Assembly (NCBI GenBank): GCA_963665115.1
Contig: OY762007.1
Location: 704,001-768,000, forward strand
Source of the DNA: an uncultured Rivularia sp.
Lineage (GTDB): Bacteria; Cyanobacteriota; Cyanobacteriia; Cyanobacteriales; Nostocaceae
Length of the DNA: 64,000 nt
Reading direction: 5' to 3'
Shown here: positions 40,015 to 50,859 of the stretch, piece after piece
Layout: the number at the start of each line of letters is the position of its first letter
Position numbering within the stretch: position 1 is the first letter of the stretch
Made by a program: the position numbers and the translations under genes
Notes under the pieces: model-generated
The model's database searches: none
The model's input: the letters and a program-made list of their open reading frames with translations, nothing else
What the model was told of the DNA's origin: nothing

Positions 40015-42631
40015 TCATTTCAAATCAATATTCTTCGCATACAAACTTTGCAAACGCTGCAACTTAGCCCCAACCTGGTATAGCAAATCACCTTTACCCA
40101 GCAAATAAGCAGCAGCAGTTTTTTTACCACCTAAAACGATTGCAGAATCCGCTTCACTTGCGGTACGTAAAGCAACTCTTCCCGGTAAATTGGAGCGAAT
40201 TATCGGTGTAACCACCTTAGCTTCCGGACGTTGAGTAGCAATTATCAAATGAATTCCCGCAGCCCGTGCCATTGCACCCAAGCGTTTTATACTTTGTTCC
40301 AAAGCACTACGAGATTCTTTCTCAGCCATAAAATCGGCATATTCGTCAAAAATGCAGACAATCCGAGCTAAAGGTTTATCAGCACGTTGATTGTAAGCAC
40401 CCAAGTCAGCACACTCGGTTTTTTCAAATTGCTGATAGCGATATTCCATTTCCGAAACCAACTTATCCATCAGTTTCGATCGCATCTTCACTGTCTTTAA
40501 CTATTTGTGAATACAGCCAAGGCATTTTTTCAAACTCTGGAAAAGTCACCCGTTTGGGATCTACCAGAGCAATTTTTAACTGTTGGGGAGAATAGCGTTT
40601 TAGTAAACTTAAAAGTTGCGATCGCAAAAATTCGCTTTTACCGCTTCCGGTTGTACCGCCGACTAAAAAGTGGCAGGTATTGGGATCTGATAAATCGGCT
40701 TCTATTAACTTTCCTTCTAGATTTACACCGATAGCAATTTTTACCGATGTATTTTCAGCTAATTTTTGTGGCTTCAGATAATCATCGAATAAAGCTGCCT
40801 TCCGATTCGGATTAGGTAAATCGACACTAACATATCCAGCTTGTGGAGAAATCAACGGCGGATTTTCCAATCCCATTTGTATCTGTAAATCCGCATATAA
40901 TTTCTGAATAGAATTAAATTTAACACCCAACTGAGGCTTTAACTTCACCCGAATAAAACTTGGAGCAACAGCAGCCTCAATAAAATCTACACTAATTCCA
41001 AACGACTGTAGAGTAGTTACCAACTCCTCACCAACAGCACCAGCGTTAACAGAATTACTTTCTTCCCCCTTCTCTCCACCTCTTTCCTCTGCGCTCTCTG
41101 CGCCTCTGCGGTTTTTAAATCCATAATCTTCTTTATCTACAGGGATTTGATGAGAATCTACCTCACCACCAAAATAACTTTGACACTTCTCCTGCTGAGA
41201 ACAAATTTCACATAAATAAGGCTGAGTTGTAGCTGGGGGAGAATTAGGCTGAGACGGTTGCCAACTCAACCACTCTTGCATCTGCTGTAACTTGTAGGGA
41301 ATTAGCTGATTTACAGTATCTTCCAATTCTTCCCAGCCATAATAATACTCCTTGAATTCCGGCAAAACGCAGTAAACAGCCGAATCTACAGGTACTTGCT
41401 TTTTCTGCCACAACATATAGCCATACAAAGAAACTTGGGCTAATTGCGCCGAAGGATCGACAGGTTGGTAAGTTTTAAATTCCAATAAACACAACCGCTG
41501 ACGTTCAAAATTATAAATTAAACAATCATATTCTCCCCTAACTTGCTGTCGGCTTCCATTAGGTAAATCAAAATAATGTTCTAGCTGCCGCTCTCCCGAA
41601 ATAAAAGTCTTGCGAATTACGCTGGCAGCACTGCAATAACCTCTATTTACTACGAGAATTTCGGCAAAACGTTTAATAATACCTTGCAATCCCTGCCAAA
41701 CTTGGAAAAGCGGTTGAGCTTTACTAATATCCTTTTTAGTAACTTGCTGTAAATAAGGATAAAATTTAACTTGATAGAAAATCTGCTGCATTTCCGAAGC
41801 AACTTTTTCTACATCTAACTGCGATGCTTCTGGTTTAAATAATTCTTTAAATCTAGCTTCACGCAAAGCTAAACTAACAAATTCATCGGCGGAAGTATGA
41901 AAAACAGAACCAATTCCAGTTACAGTATTGCGAGGAATAAATAATGTCTTCCCGCCAAATTTATCGTTAAGATAAAATAAACGCGGACATTCAAATGCAA
42001 CTCTAACTTTAGTAACGGTTAAAGAAGAACTATCAGTTTTTTTCGCGAACCTGTTTGTATTAGCTTTCATCTTAAACAGAGTATTTTCATTATCAGAATT
42101 AAAATCTAATAAATAGCGATGTACGGCAGCTAAATAAACCACATCCATCGCCGCATAATGTAATTGTTTACTTGAAAGAGGTCGTCGTCTCCAGTCGCTA
42201 GCTCCCCCTTCTGCATCAACATCGGTAAATTGACAAAGTTCTGCTGCTAAAGTTTTAAGCTTTAAATTAGAAGTTTTTAATTTGTAACGAGTAATTTTTC
42301 TAGATATTTTCAGCGTACAGGTGACATTTGGGATTAACTTTCCTCCCAGATATTTTAAATCGAAGCTGGAATTATGAAATACCTTTTCTATCTGAGGATT
42401 AACCATAATTTGGTTAATAAAATATGCTGTTAAATCGGGTTTATCCAACACATCAAAAATATAAGCAAACTCACCCATTGAATCATTAGGGTTAGCCAAT
42501 ACCTGAATTAAAGATAATCTGGGATTGGGAGTCCGACAGTCAGCAACTTCCGTATCCAGCCATAGGATTTTAGAAGAGCGGAATCGATCGATTTGAGTTT
42601 TTATTTGAGTCGCATCTGTCAGGTAGTGCAT
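40015..42631 (-). CDS. Fusion of DEDDy 3'-5' exonuclease, Cas4/AddB-like PD-(D/E)XK nuclease and FtsK/SpoIIIE translocase; +1 frameshift at 40474-40476
   Basis: WLDTE, HNSSFD, YAAMD; CPR..YDCL..EFKT..QVSLY..CEIC.....C; GGTTGSGKSE, LVDPKRV, IFDEYAD, RAAGIHLIIATQRP, LLGKGDLL; removing one base joins the two ORFs as AIELMDKL. Confidence 0.9.
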
Positions 42632-42702
42632 TTGATTTTTTTAAGATAAACGGCGAATATAATTCGCTTCTACACCGCACATTTCTCGGCAAGCTGGACA
42701 AA

Positions 42703-42809
42703 TACAGCCCTTTGCAGCTAAATGAGGTACAAAGCTATATTCCGAAAGTTTTGTGGGATGGGCATCCCTGCCCGTCAGAATGTACTTCACCAAAACTAAA
42801 TATGCTGTA
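42703..42809. mobile_element. 107-bp TA-bounded MITE, copy 2
   Basis: Homologue of 15159-15265. Confidence 0.8.
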
Positions 42810-42843
42810 TTTGAAACTCGTACAGATAAATTGATTTTGATAG

Positions 42844-42899
42844 GTTCGTAGTAAGGACTAAAGTCCTTAGATTGAGCGATAAATCGCTGACTACGAACC
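42844..42899. repeat. GTTCGTAGT...ACTACGAAC REP-like doublet
   Basis: Terminal inverted repeat with two internal hairpins; related element at about 59044-59100. Confidence 0.7.
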
Positions 42900-42918
42900 T
42901 TAATTACCCTTGAGAAAA

Positions 42919-45021
42919 CTAAGCAATCAAACAAATCAATTGATCTTCTAACTTCGCTTTAGGGTTCATAATTTTTACTTTCCTTTCATCACATAAAGAT
43001 TGAATTAGCAATTTAACATCACTTTCACTCACATCAGAGAATTCTGCGATACATTGTGAAATTAAAGTCATAATTCCCATAAAACTTTGAGTTTTGATAA
43101 GATTGAATAAGAACTCTTTGATTGGTGCAAAATCTATTTCATCGCCATTACCAGTATCTTCCGATTTATCAATAATTTCTAAATTCTGCAACAAAACACA
43201 TTTATCCAATAATTTAGATTCCCGAATTAAGGTTTGTAGTTTTGGTAATTTAATTGTGTTACCAGCAATAACTAACTCCGCCGCTAAAGCAGAATCTACC
43301 AAACTATGATAAGTAGCTAACAGATGGACGGAAGATAGACTTGGCTTAATATGAATATTTTTACTACCTGTAAAAATTTGCTGATAAAGTTGATAACCTT
43401 TAAGCTTTGATGTTCCTAAGTTAGCATTTCTAATCAGATATAGTTTATCGGAAAGCTGTTTATTTATTACTTTATGAGAAGCATTCATAACATTAAAGAA
43501 ACTGATCATGTTAGAATCTTCCGTCCAAACTATTCCTACCCGTTCGCGTTTATCGGGCTGTTGATAGCTCAAAGAATAACCAGCATATTTTCCACTAATA
43601 AGTTTTGGTTCAATCCCGTTAATTTGTAATGCTTCTAAGGTTTCTTTTAACATCCCAATTAAATCGGGTGCTGATAAAAAAGTAATTTTAGAGATTTTAT
43701 CTTTGATTTTCTTAGATTCTTTTTGCCATAGTAGTTGAAATTCAGCTGCAATTGTTTCCTCGTCTTTCGTTCCCTTTGTCGTAGTAATAACTATGGGAGG
43801 TTTATTTTGTCCGGGAATTTTAACAGCAATTGTGCTATTTGCAGCACTACTTTCTTGTCGCGGTATCTCACTACTATCTATCAGCGATAGTTTATATCTG
43901 TGATACTCATTTCTTGCCAAAATTAATGCATTTCTTGGTAGAGTTTTACCACCGAGAAAACTTGATTCTAAAAATTGACGATTTAATGGAAATATATCTA
44001 ATTTAGGTTGTGGTTTGGCTTGTTGATTTAACGGTTTAAGACGATAAGCCCAAAGCGCTTCTACTTGTTCTAAATTGATCCGTTTTAACCTTACCGCTTT
44101 ATCAATTCTAACTCTGTCAGCTTGCTGAATGCGGTCGCAATTTCTATTCCAAGTATTAGTAATGACGCTAATAATAACTAAAAAGTTTTTTAAATAGCTA
44201 TTATGAATAGTTGTATTGATATTAAATAAAGATTGAAAATCCTGAGAACCATCTGCGACACGAGGAATATTGTCCAAATTGTCAAAACATAAAACAATTG
44301 GTTGAGTTTCAATGGAAATTCTACCAAAGTTGGCTAAAATGTTTTTCGCTGCATTTTCTGAATCAATACAGCTATTAACCTTCAAAGCTTGCATCGACTC
44401 TTCACTTAAGTCATCTCCCCGCAACCACTCGCAAGCAATGGGATATAATTCTGGGTTAGTTAAATCGTGCAGTACACCAAAAAAAAAGTCAGGATTGTAA
44501 AGTCCAGTTTGACTGTAAGTTGTTTTGAGATGATGAATAAACTTACGGCGATCGCTCCGCATAAACTGCCAAATACTATCGCTAAAAAGTCGTTGATCTG
44601 AGTTGATTCTAGTAAAGGCTGATAGGCTTTTGAGCCACACGATCAACTGCGACTCTTGCTGTCCTTCCGGAATTTGAATTAAGCTATCAACAGTAGAACG
44701 TAAAACGTGTCGCCAAATATAATCGCTATCAGCCCAAGAACCGATATAAGCAAAAAAGGCTTTAGGATTAAGGGTGTGTTTGAGACGACCTAATAAATAA
44801 CTTTTACCAGAACCAGAATCACCCAAAAGTAACAGGCTGCGGCTACGATTGTCTTTATTAACTAAATCGAGAAAACCTTCAACTTCACTTATTACTTCTT
44901 GATGAATTGAATCAACGCTGTTAGTTGAATCTTGTTTTTCTCCCCAGAAGTTACCCGGTTTCAAATTTATGAGGTCAAAAGGATTAACCTCGCGCTTAAT
45001 AATATTGTTGATAGATGTCAT
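42919..45021 (-). CDS. Large P-loop ATPase (possibly RcaG-like)
   Basis: Walker A GDSGSGKS, Walker B LCFDNLD. Confidence 0.85.
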   Translation of the reverse strand: MTSINNIIKREVNPFDLINLKPGNFWGEKQDSTNSVDSIHQEVISEVEGFLDLVNKDNRSRSLLLLGDSGSGKSYLLGRLKHTLNPKAFFAYIGSWADSDYIWRHVLRSTVDSLIQIPEGQQESQLIVWLKSLSAFTRINSDQRLFSDSIWQFMRSDRRKFIHHLKTTYSQTGLYNPDFFFGVLHDLTNPELYPIACEWLRGDDLSEESMQALKVNSCIDSENAAKNILANFGRISIETQPIVLCFDNLDNIPRVADGSQDFQSLFNINTTIHNSYLKNFLVIISVITNTWNRNCDRIQQADRVRIDKAVRLKRINLEQVEALWAYRLKPLNQQAKPQPKLDIFPLNRQFLESSFLGGKTLPRNALILARNEYHRYKLSLIDSSEIPRQESSAANSTIAVKIPGQNKPPIVITTTKGTKDEETIAAEFQLLWQKESKKIKDKISKITFLSAPDLIGMLKETLEALQINGIEPKLISGKYAGYSLSYQQPDKRERVGIVWTEDSNMISFFNVMNASHKVINKQLSDKLYLIRNANLGTSKLKGYQLYQQIFTGSKNIHIKPSLSSVHLLATYHSLVDSALAAELVIAGNTIKLPKLQTLIRESKLLDKCVLLQNLEIIDKSEDTGNGDEIDFAPIKEFLFNLIKTQSFMGIMTLISQCIAEFSDVSESDVKLLIQSLCDERKVKIMNPKAKLEDQLICLIA

Positions 45022-45084
45022 GCTAAAACTATGGTGTGAGTCGCGAATCGAAATTAAAAATAGTCCAAAAAGTACCTATGATAG

Positions 45085-45948
45085 CTATTCAACTGAGATA
45101 AAGAACAACGGACCGCCAACATTTTGCTCAATTCCACTCTCAATTTGTTCGGAAGTATAAGCATTAGCTTCCTGTAAAGTACTCAACTCAATTTTGTCGT
45201 CAGCTTGTAGTTGAAAAAGAACTTGATCTAATTCATCCCGTGACAACGGTGGCTGCAACTTTTCTCGCAAATAGAAGATAGGTAAATAATCCTTTGTACC
45301 TAACTCTTTATCTAATTTCTGGATAATTTGTAAAATATCTTCATCAGTTAAACTGTTACTCTTCTCATTAACCTGCTCCTGCTCGCTAGTAATAACAGGT
45401 GCAGCAACAATAGCTTCTTCCGACTTTCCTTTCAAAGACTTCCGCAAAAAGCGCAGGTAATTATTTAATAAATCCAAACTTATCGTCGGATTAGTCCCCT
45501 TCTTCGGGCTAAAATCATCCCGTAAAAACTCAATACCTCGTTCAGTCAGCCAAACTTCCGCTTTCGTCTTCTTCAGCTTGATTTCAGTCTCAATCAAACC
45601 ACGACTGCCCAAACTTCTTAAAATCTCTTCCTTCTGTGCAGCCTTCAACGAAGACTTAATCTTGCTTGGTGCAATTTTACCTGAAGCTTTACTAACATTC
45701 TCCAGCACCTTAAGTTCCTTATCTGTAATCGGAATCTCAGCCGCATCCAGTTCCAACAACGCTTGCCCCGGAGGTAAAATCTTTACACCAGCAACCTCAC
45801 GGGAGTAATCGACTATTTCGCGATCGCCCAAATTTTGGCAAATAGTATTTTTACCTTTAAATGATTTAAAAATATTGCCGCTCAAGCTTGAACGGTAATT
45901 TTCGCACCCCAATAGCTTAAGTAAGAACTTTAACTCGTTTGTATCCAT
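45085..45948 (-). CDS. Putative winged-helix DNA-binding protein; resembles, from memory, proteins annotated transcription factor RcaD
   Basis: wHTH-like segments (RGLIETE..VWLTERG; LPIFYLREKL..LSRDELDQVLFQL..IELS); first gene of the operon. Confidence 0.7.
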   Translation of the reverse strand: MDTNELKFLLKLLGCENYRSSLSGNIFKSFKGKNTICQNLGDREIVDYSREVAGVKILPPGQALLELDAAEIPITDKELKVLENVSKASGKIAPSKIKSSLKAAQKEEILRSLGSRGLIETEIKLKKTKAEVWLTERGIEFLRDDFSPKKGTNPTISLDLLNNYLRFLRKSLKGKSEEAIVAAPVITSEQEQVNEKSNSLTDEDILQIIQKLDKELGTKDYLPIFYLREKLQPPLSRDELDQVLFQLQADDKIELSTLQEANAYTSEQIESGIEQNVGGPLFFISVE

Positions 45949-46530
45949 ACAATTAATCTTGCCTGTATATCAGCCAGCACTATTTGACCGAGAAGGTCAT
46001 TAGTTTGTTTCCTTTTTTATACTAACCGTCATGTGCTGTTAATACGCTGCAAGATTAATAATTAAAAAGAGTGAGGAGTTATGAATACTTAATTGTTTCT
46101 TTGTCTCCCCCTTCGGGTAAGGCTAACGCCTCGCTCCGCTAACACCACTTTGCTCGTACTGCGGGAACCTCCGCACACAAGTGGATTCACCATCCCCCAT
46201 CCACCTGTAAAAACCATAAAATTTATGTGATTTTTTGCATCAGTAGCTTGAGGTTGTATTTATTACATACAAAAGTAATGTGGCTGTGAGATAATCAGCA
46301 AATTACCAGTTATTTTCTGCGTTCAAAGAGTTATAGAGGTTATTCAGATTGCCTTTTAATCCAGAACTTTGCCGTAACGAAAGCGAATCAGATTATTGCG
46401 ATGTAGTTAATTCGGTTAAAGGATTAGGTGATAAAACAATATTAACTATCATTGACGAATGGTCAAAATAACTCCTAATTCCTAACTCATAACTGTTCAC
46501 TGTTCACTGCTCACTGCTCACTGTTTCCCC

Positions 46531-47475
46531 TCACCCCTTAACTTTCCGCAAAGCATCAAACGCTCTAGCCCTAACGCCCAAAGGTAACAAAGACAACCCC
46601 AAACCAGTCCAGGCTTTAGCCGTAGAAAAAGATTTACCTTTCCTAACCAACTCTCTTCCTTTATCAGTTTCACCAGTTTCAATTAATCGCAAACCCAACA
46701 ATAATTGAGTTTCGTGCAAACGTTTTAATCTAATATTCTCCAACTTCTCAGAATCAAATTTATAGCTTTGTAAATACTGCTGCTTACCTGTAAAATAAGG
46801 AATTGCGCGATTAATTCCTTGCTGCTCTGCATGAACTCGATATTCCATCAACAACTTCGGCAAATAATAACCCTTCTTCCTAGCCAAAGCTAACCGCACG
46901 AATAAATCATTATCCTCACAATTTTGCCAATTCGGCTGCATAAATCCGACTTCGACAACAGTTTGACGGCGAAATAAAGTTGCACCAATTTGAAAGCTTT
47001 GATTTACAAACACGGCTTCCAAAAGATTATTTACCACACCTGACGCTAAATCTTCTCTTCCCCATTTACGGGAATTTTCCTTAGTCTGAGCTTCATCGCG
47101 CTGATTATTAATATCAATTATCCAATGGTCAGTACCAACAAAATCTATAGTAGAATCTTCCAAGATTGCAGCAGTTTCCGCAATAAAATCTGGAGTTAAT
47201 CTGTCATCATCATCAAACTTGATAAAATAATCGCCAGTCGCCGCATCAAAACCGGAACGCATATTATTACTTTTACCAATATTTTGATGATGGCGAATAT
47301 ATTTAATTCGATTATCTTTATACTTAGACATTAAATCCGCAGTACCATCGCTAGAACCATCATCGCAAACAATCAATTCAAAATCTTGATAAGTTTGTTT
47401 GAGTACGCTATCAATCGCAACAGGTAGTAAATCAATGCGGTTAAATGTAGGAATGCAAATACTTACTTTAGGCAT
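46531..47475 (-). CDS. Glycosyltransferase family 2
   Basis: VSICIPTFNR, VCDDGSSD, KFDDDD, CEDNDL. Confidence 0.93.
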   Translation of the reverse strand: MPKVSICIPTFNRIDLLPVAIDSVLKQTYQDFELIVCDDGSSDGTADLMSKYKDNRIKYIRHHQNIGKSNNMRSGFDAATGDYFIKFDDDDRLTPDFIAETAAILEDSTIDFVGTDHWIIDINNQRDEAQTKENSRKWGREDLASGVVNNLLEAVFVNQSFQIGATLFRRQTVVEVGFMQPNWQNCEDNDLFVRLALARKKGYYLPKLLMEYRVHAEQQGINRAIPYFTGKQQYLQSYKFDSEKLENIRLKRLHETQLLLGLRLIETGETDKGRELVRKGKSFSTAKAWTGLGLSLLPLGVRARAFDALRKVKG

Positions 47476-47523
47476 AATATTTAATTAGGGAATTGGGGAT
47501 TGTGAATTGGGAATCGGAAGTTT

Positions 47524-47777
47524 GTAGTGCGAGCATCTTGCTCGCTGTAAATAAAAATCTTACTCGCGATTTCTAAAAATCCTGCTTACTGTAAATAAAA
47601 ATCTTACTCGCGATTTCTAAAAATCTTGCTCGCTGTAAATAAAAATCTTACTCGCGATTTCTAAAAATCCTGCTTACTGTAAATAAAAATCTTACTCGCG
47701 ATTTCTAAAAATCCTGCTCGCTGTAAATAAAAATCTTGCTTGCTGTAAATCAATAGGGAGCGAGACGCTCCCACTAC
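47524..47777. repeat. Inverted GTAG-REP pair enclosing a 44-bp (2x22) tandem array
   Basis: Units start at 47546, 47590, 47634, 47678 and 47722. Confidence 0.9.
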
Positions 47778-47853
47778 GGTATAGCTCCTAATTTTTTAAT
47801 CCTCCATGCCCCATGCCCCATGCCCAATTTTAACAAGTAGATATGTACACTTA

Positions 47854-48906
47854 TTAGGCTTTAAAAATCAACTCAACCCCTTCTTTCGCTGTCTTAGATT
47901 CATTTAAAATAAATTCATTTGGTCTTTGGTATTCTCTGAAGAGTTTTTCAATAGTATGTAATTCTATAGGTTCCATAAAATCGAACAATCTTAACTCAGG
48001 AAGCATTTCTGTTTTATCAATATAATGGTGAATTTTTGTATTTGCAGCGCTAATTCCAATGCTAGGTATGCCGAGGATATCAGCTAAAATAACAGAGTGC
48101 AAGCGGTTGCCAAAGTGTAAATCCATATCGCTTAAAATTTCTACAAACTCTATTGGCTTCTCCCAAGAGTGCAGTTTATAGTTAGATTCGGGTAAATATT
48201 TTTTAAGTAAGTGATGAAACTTATTATCGTTTCTTTCTTCTCCTACATGGGCTGGTAATAAATGAATGACTGAATTGTATTTTTCAATCAAGGGCATTAA
48301 CTGTTGCGCGTAAAATTCCCCTCTGCCATCTCCCCACCAAAATTTACCAGAAAAAGAAATATTTTTGATTTCGTTCTTATTTTTTTCTTTTATATAAGAT
48401 TGGTAATAATTTAAATCTAAAAATGCTAAATCGCCACCCAAACAACAGGCTTTAACTGGCTTGAGCTTTTGCAGAGCCGATTCGTAAGATTGTTTGTCTC
48501 TTAAATAGAGTAAATCGGCATTTTGAAAAACTTGGCTTTTATTTTCTTTTTCATCTGAATTAATAGTTTCCAAACCCACGCCAAGGAAGCCGAAACGTTT
48601 CCCAGTCCATTTTGATAATGACTGCAATCTTAACAAATTGGTGGGTTTCTCTTCGATATTTAAAGTTCCACCACCCCACATCAAGCAGTCGCTTTGTAAA
48701 ATAATCGCAAGTCTTTTTAATTTATTTAAATTACTTGCAGCAAAAAACTTAACTTTATCTGTGGTGCGTTCGTAATAATCTTCTTGGCAAAAAACGAATA
48801 TCTTTTTAACATCTTGTTTTTTAGCAAAATAATCGATTAACTGACGTAAAAATAAATCATCACCAACATTGTGAAAACCATAATATCCCATCAATAAAAT
48901 ATTCAT
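47854..48906 (-). CDS. Polysaccharide pyruvyl transferase family protein
   Basis: GYYGFHNVGDD, WGGG, LRDKQS, RLHSVI. Confidence 0.9.
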   Translation of the reverse strand: MNILLMGYYGFHNVGDDLFLRQLIDYFAKKQDVKKIFVFCQEDYYERTTDKVKFFAASNLNKLKRLAIILQSDCLMWGGGTLNIEEKPTNLLRLQSLSKWTGKRFGFLGVGLETINSDEKENKSQVFQNADLLYLRDKQSYESALQKLKPVKACCLGGDLAFLDLNYYQSYIKEKNKNEIKNISFSGKFWWGDGRGEFYAQQLMPLIEKYNSVIHLLPAHVGEERNDNKFHHLLKKYLPESNYKLHSWEKPIEFVEILSDMDLHFGNRLHSVILADILGIPSIGISAANTKIHHYIDKTEMLPELRLFDFMEPIELHTIEKLFREYQRPNEFILNESKTAKEGVELIFKA

Positions 48907-49129
48907 TTTAATTCTCCTTACGAAAAAATAGATGTTTAATCTTATTCAGAACAATATTTACTAAATTATTGACATTAATTAATTAGCAAATATATCATAG
49001 TGTTTTAATAAAACAATTATTATTAATATTCAAATAAATTGAAATCTTTCCGGATATTAATAAACTAAATATTGCAAATTATATAGACAATAAGTCTAAT
49101 TATTTCAATTCAAAACAACACAAAATCCT

Positions 49130-50347
49130 ATGAACATCTTAATGCTGTCTTCTACATTTCCTTATCCACCTACTCGCGGTGGAACTCAAGTTAGAACTTT
49201 TAATTTACTTAAGTATTTAACGAAAAATCATCACATTACCCTGGTGACTCAACCCGAACCCGGAGTTACTGAAACAGAAATCGAAGGATTGCGCGATTGT
49301 GTGGATAAACTAGTCCTTTTTAATCGTCCCCATGACTCCGGTACCACCGGAGGAATACTGAAAAAAATTCAGCGTCTGAATAAATTTGTCAGTGAAGGTA
49401 TCCCCCCAAGCGTATTCAATCGCTACTCTGTGGAAATGCAAAACTGGATTGATAACTACGTAGAAGCAGGTAAATGCGACACCATTACCAGCGAACACAG
49501 CGTTAATGAAATTTATATCCGCCCTAGTTTCCAAAAAAAGATACGTACCGTAGTTAACGTTCACAGTTCAGTATACGGTAGCTGTCTCAATCAATTACAA
49601 AACGGAATATCTGAAAATGCTTTAAGAGATAAAATTAATTTACCTTTATTGCGTCGTTATGAAAAAACCTACTGCAATAAATTTTCGGCAATTGTAGCGA
49701 CAACCGAAGAAGACAAAATTCAGCTAGGGGAATTTAACTCACAAAGCGAAATGATGGTGATTCCCAACGGTGTAGATTTAGTCATGTTTCCCAATCGTAC
49801 AGCAGATCCAGGAGGACACCGTTTAGTTTTCATCGGTGCAATGGATAATTTAGCAAACATTGATTCTGTATGCTTTTTCTGTAACGAAGTATTACCCGAA
49901 ATTCAAAAAAAATATCCCGACACAACCTTTGATATAGTAGGCTCTCGCCCTGTTGCAGAAGTATTAGCGCTCAAAGAGAAACCCGGAGTTAACGTAACCG
50001 GAAAAGTCCCTTCAATGGCAGAATACTTACACAAATCCACAGTTTGCGTAGTGTCAATGCGGACTGGTTTCGGAATCAAGAACAAAACCTTAGAAGCAAT
50101 GGCTGCTGGTATACCCGTCGTCGGCAGCGACAGAGGTTTAGAAGGATTAGCTGTAGATGGTGAAAATGTAGAATTAAAGGCATTACGAGCGAATAAACCG
50201 CAAGAATATGTAAATGCCATTAGTAAGTTATTTGAGAATCCGCAACTAAGAGCAGAATTATCTCACAACGCCAGAAAATTAGTAGAAACAGAATTTACCT
50301 GGGAAAGTGCTGGAAAACGTTACGAACAAGTTTGTGTTGGCAAATAA
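49130..50347 (+). CDS. Glycosyltransferase family 4
   Basis: FPYPPTRGG, IPNGVD, GIKNKTLEAMAAGIPVV. Confidence 0.93.
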   Translation: MNILMLSSTFPYPPTRGGTQVRTFNLLKYLTKNHHITLVTQPEPGVTETEIEGLRDCVDKLVLFNRPHDSGTTGGILKKIQRLNKFVSEGIPPSVFNRYSVEMQNWIDNYVEAGKCDTITSEHSVNEIYIRPSFQKKIRTVVNVHSSVYGSCLNQLQNGISENALRDKINLPLLRRYEKTYCNKFSAIVATTEEDKIQLGEFNSQSEMMVIPNGVDLVMFPNRTADPGGHRLVFIGAMDNLANIDSVCFFCNEVLPEIQKKYPDTTFDIVGSRPVAEVLALKEKPGVNVTGKVPSMAEYLHKSTVCVVSMRTGFGIKNKTLEAMAAGIPVVGSDRGLEGLAVDGENVELKALRANKPQEYVNAISKLFENPQLRAELSHNARKLVETEFTWESAGKRYEQVCVGK

Positions 50348-50353
50348 ATTGGT

Positions 50354-50500
50354 GTAGAGACGTAGCAGTGCTACGTCTCCCGACGTTTGAAAGAAAACAA
50401 ACCATTGATAACAAACGAAGAATAGTAGTCAAACGCATTAATTATAATGGGTTAGTTTTTCTACAAACCGTAAAGAGACGTAGCACTGCTACGTCTCTAC
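50354..50500. repeat. Inverted GTAGAGACGTAGCA-REP doublet (REPIN-like)
   Basis: gtagagacgtagcagtgctacgtctc ... gagacgtagcactgctacgtctctac. Confidence 0.85.
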
Positions 50501-50559
50501 ATTTAATTACATCGATTTATTTATTCGTTACTTTGTCTTCAACCCCTAACTATTTACCT

Positions 50560-50859
50560 TTACTGTTTCAATCCGAAGCCAATCCGACTGTATACCGGAA
50601 TCCTGACACGTTCAGCTTTCTGGATATTAGCGGTTGCAGATGAGGGTTGTGACTGGGAAATATTAATAACCTCATTTTGATTTACAGCTTTAGATTTTTT
50701 CAATCTTGATATTATGCTTTCATTAGTTATGGAAGATTGAGAAGATGCAATAATATCCGCGTTTGTTTCTGCTGCCGTTTGAGCTTGAGATGGCATTGCA
50801 ACCAAAGCAGAACCAACCGCTAAAGCTAATGCAAGCAGACAAGAAGTATTTTGATGCAT
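50560..50859 (-). CDS. Small secreted hypothetical protein
   Basis: Signal peptide ending SQAQ, Ser-rich linker, basic tail RVRIPVYSRIG. Confidence 0.7.
   Translation of the reverse strand: MHQNTSCLLALALAVGSALVAMPSQAQTAAETNADIIASSQSSITNESIISRLKKSKAVNQNEVINISQSQPSSATANIQKAERVRIPVYSRIGFGLKQ

Noticed and set aside
40015..42631. Calling this gene cas4 or the cell-division ftsK
   Set aside because: No cas1/cas2 nearby, and no membrane or gamma domain
42641..42934. 97-aa ORF inside the ATPase-FtsK operon
   Set aside because: Mostly the 107-bp MITE and a REP doublet
49049..49054. TCCGGA (heterocyst DIF1-like motif) upstream of the GT4 gene
   Set aside because: A single hexamer with no supporting downstream element; may be chance
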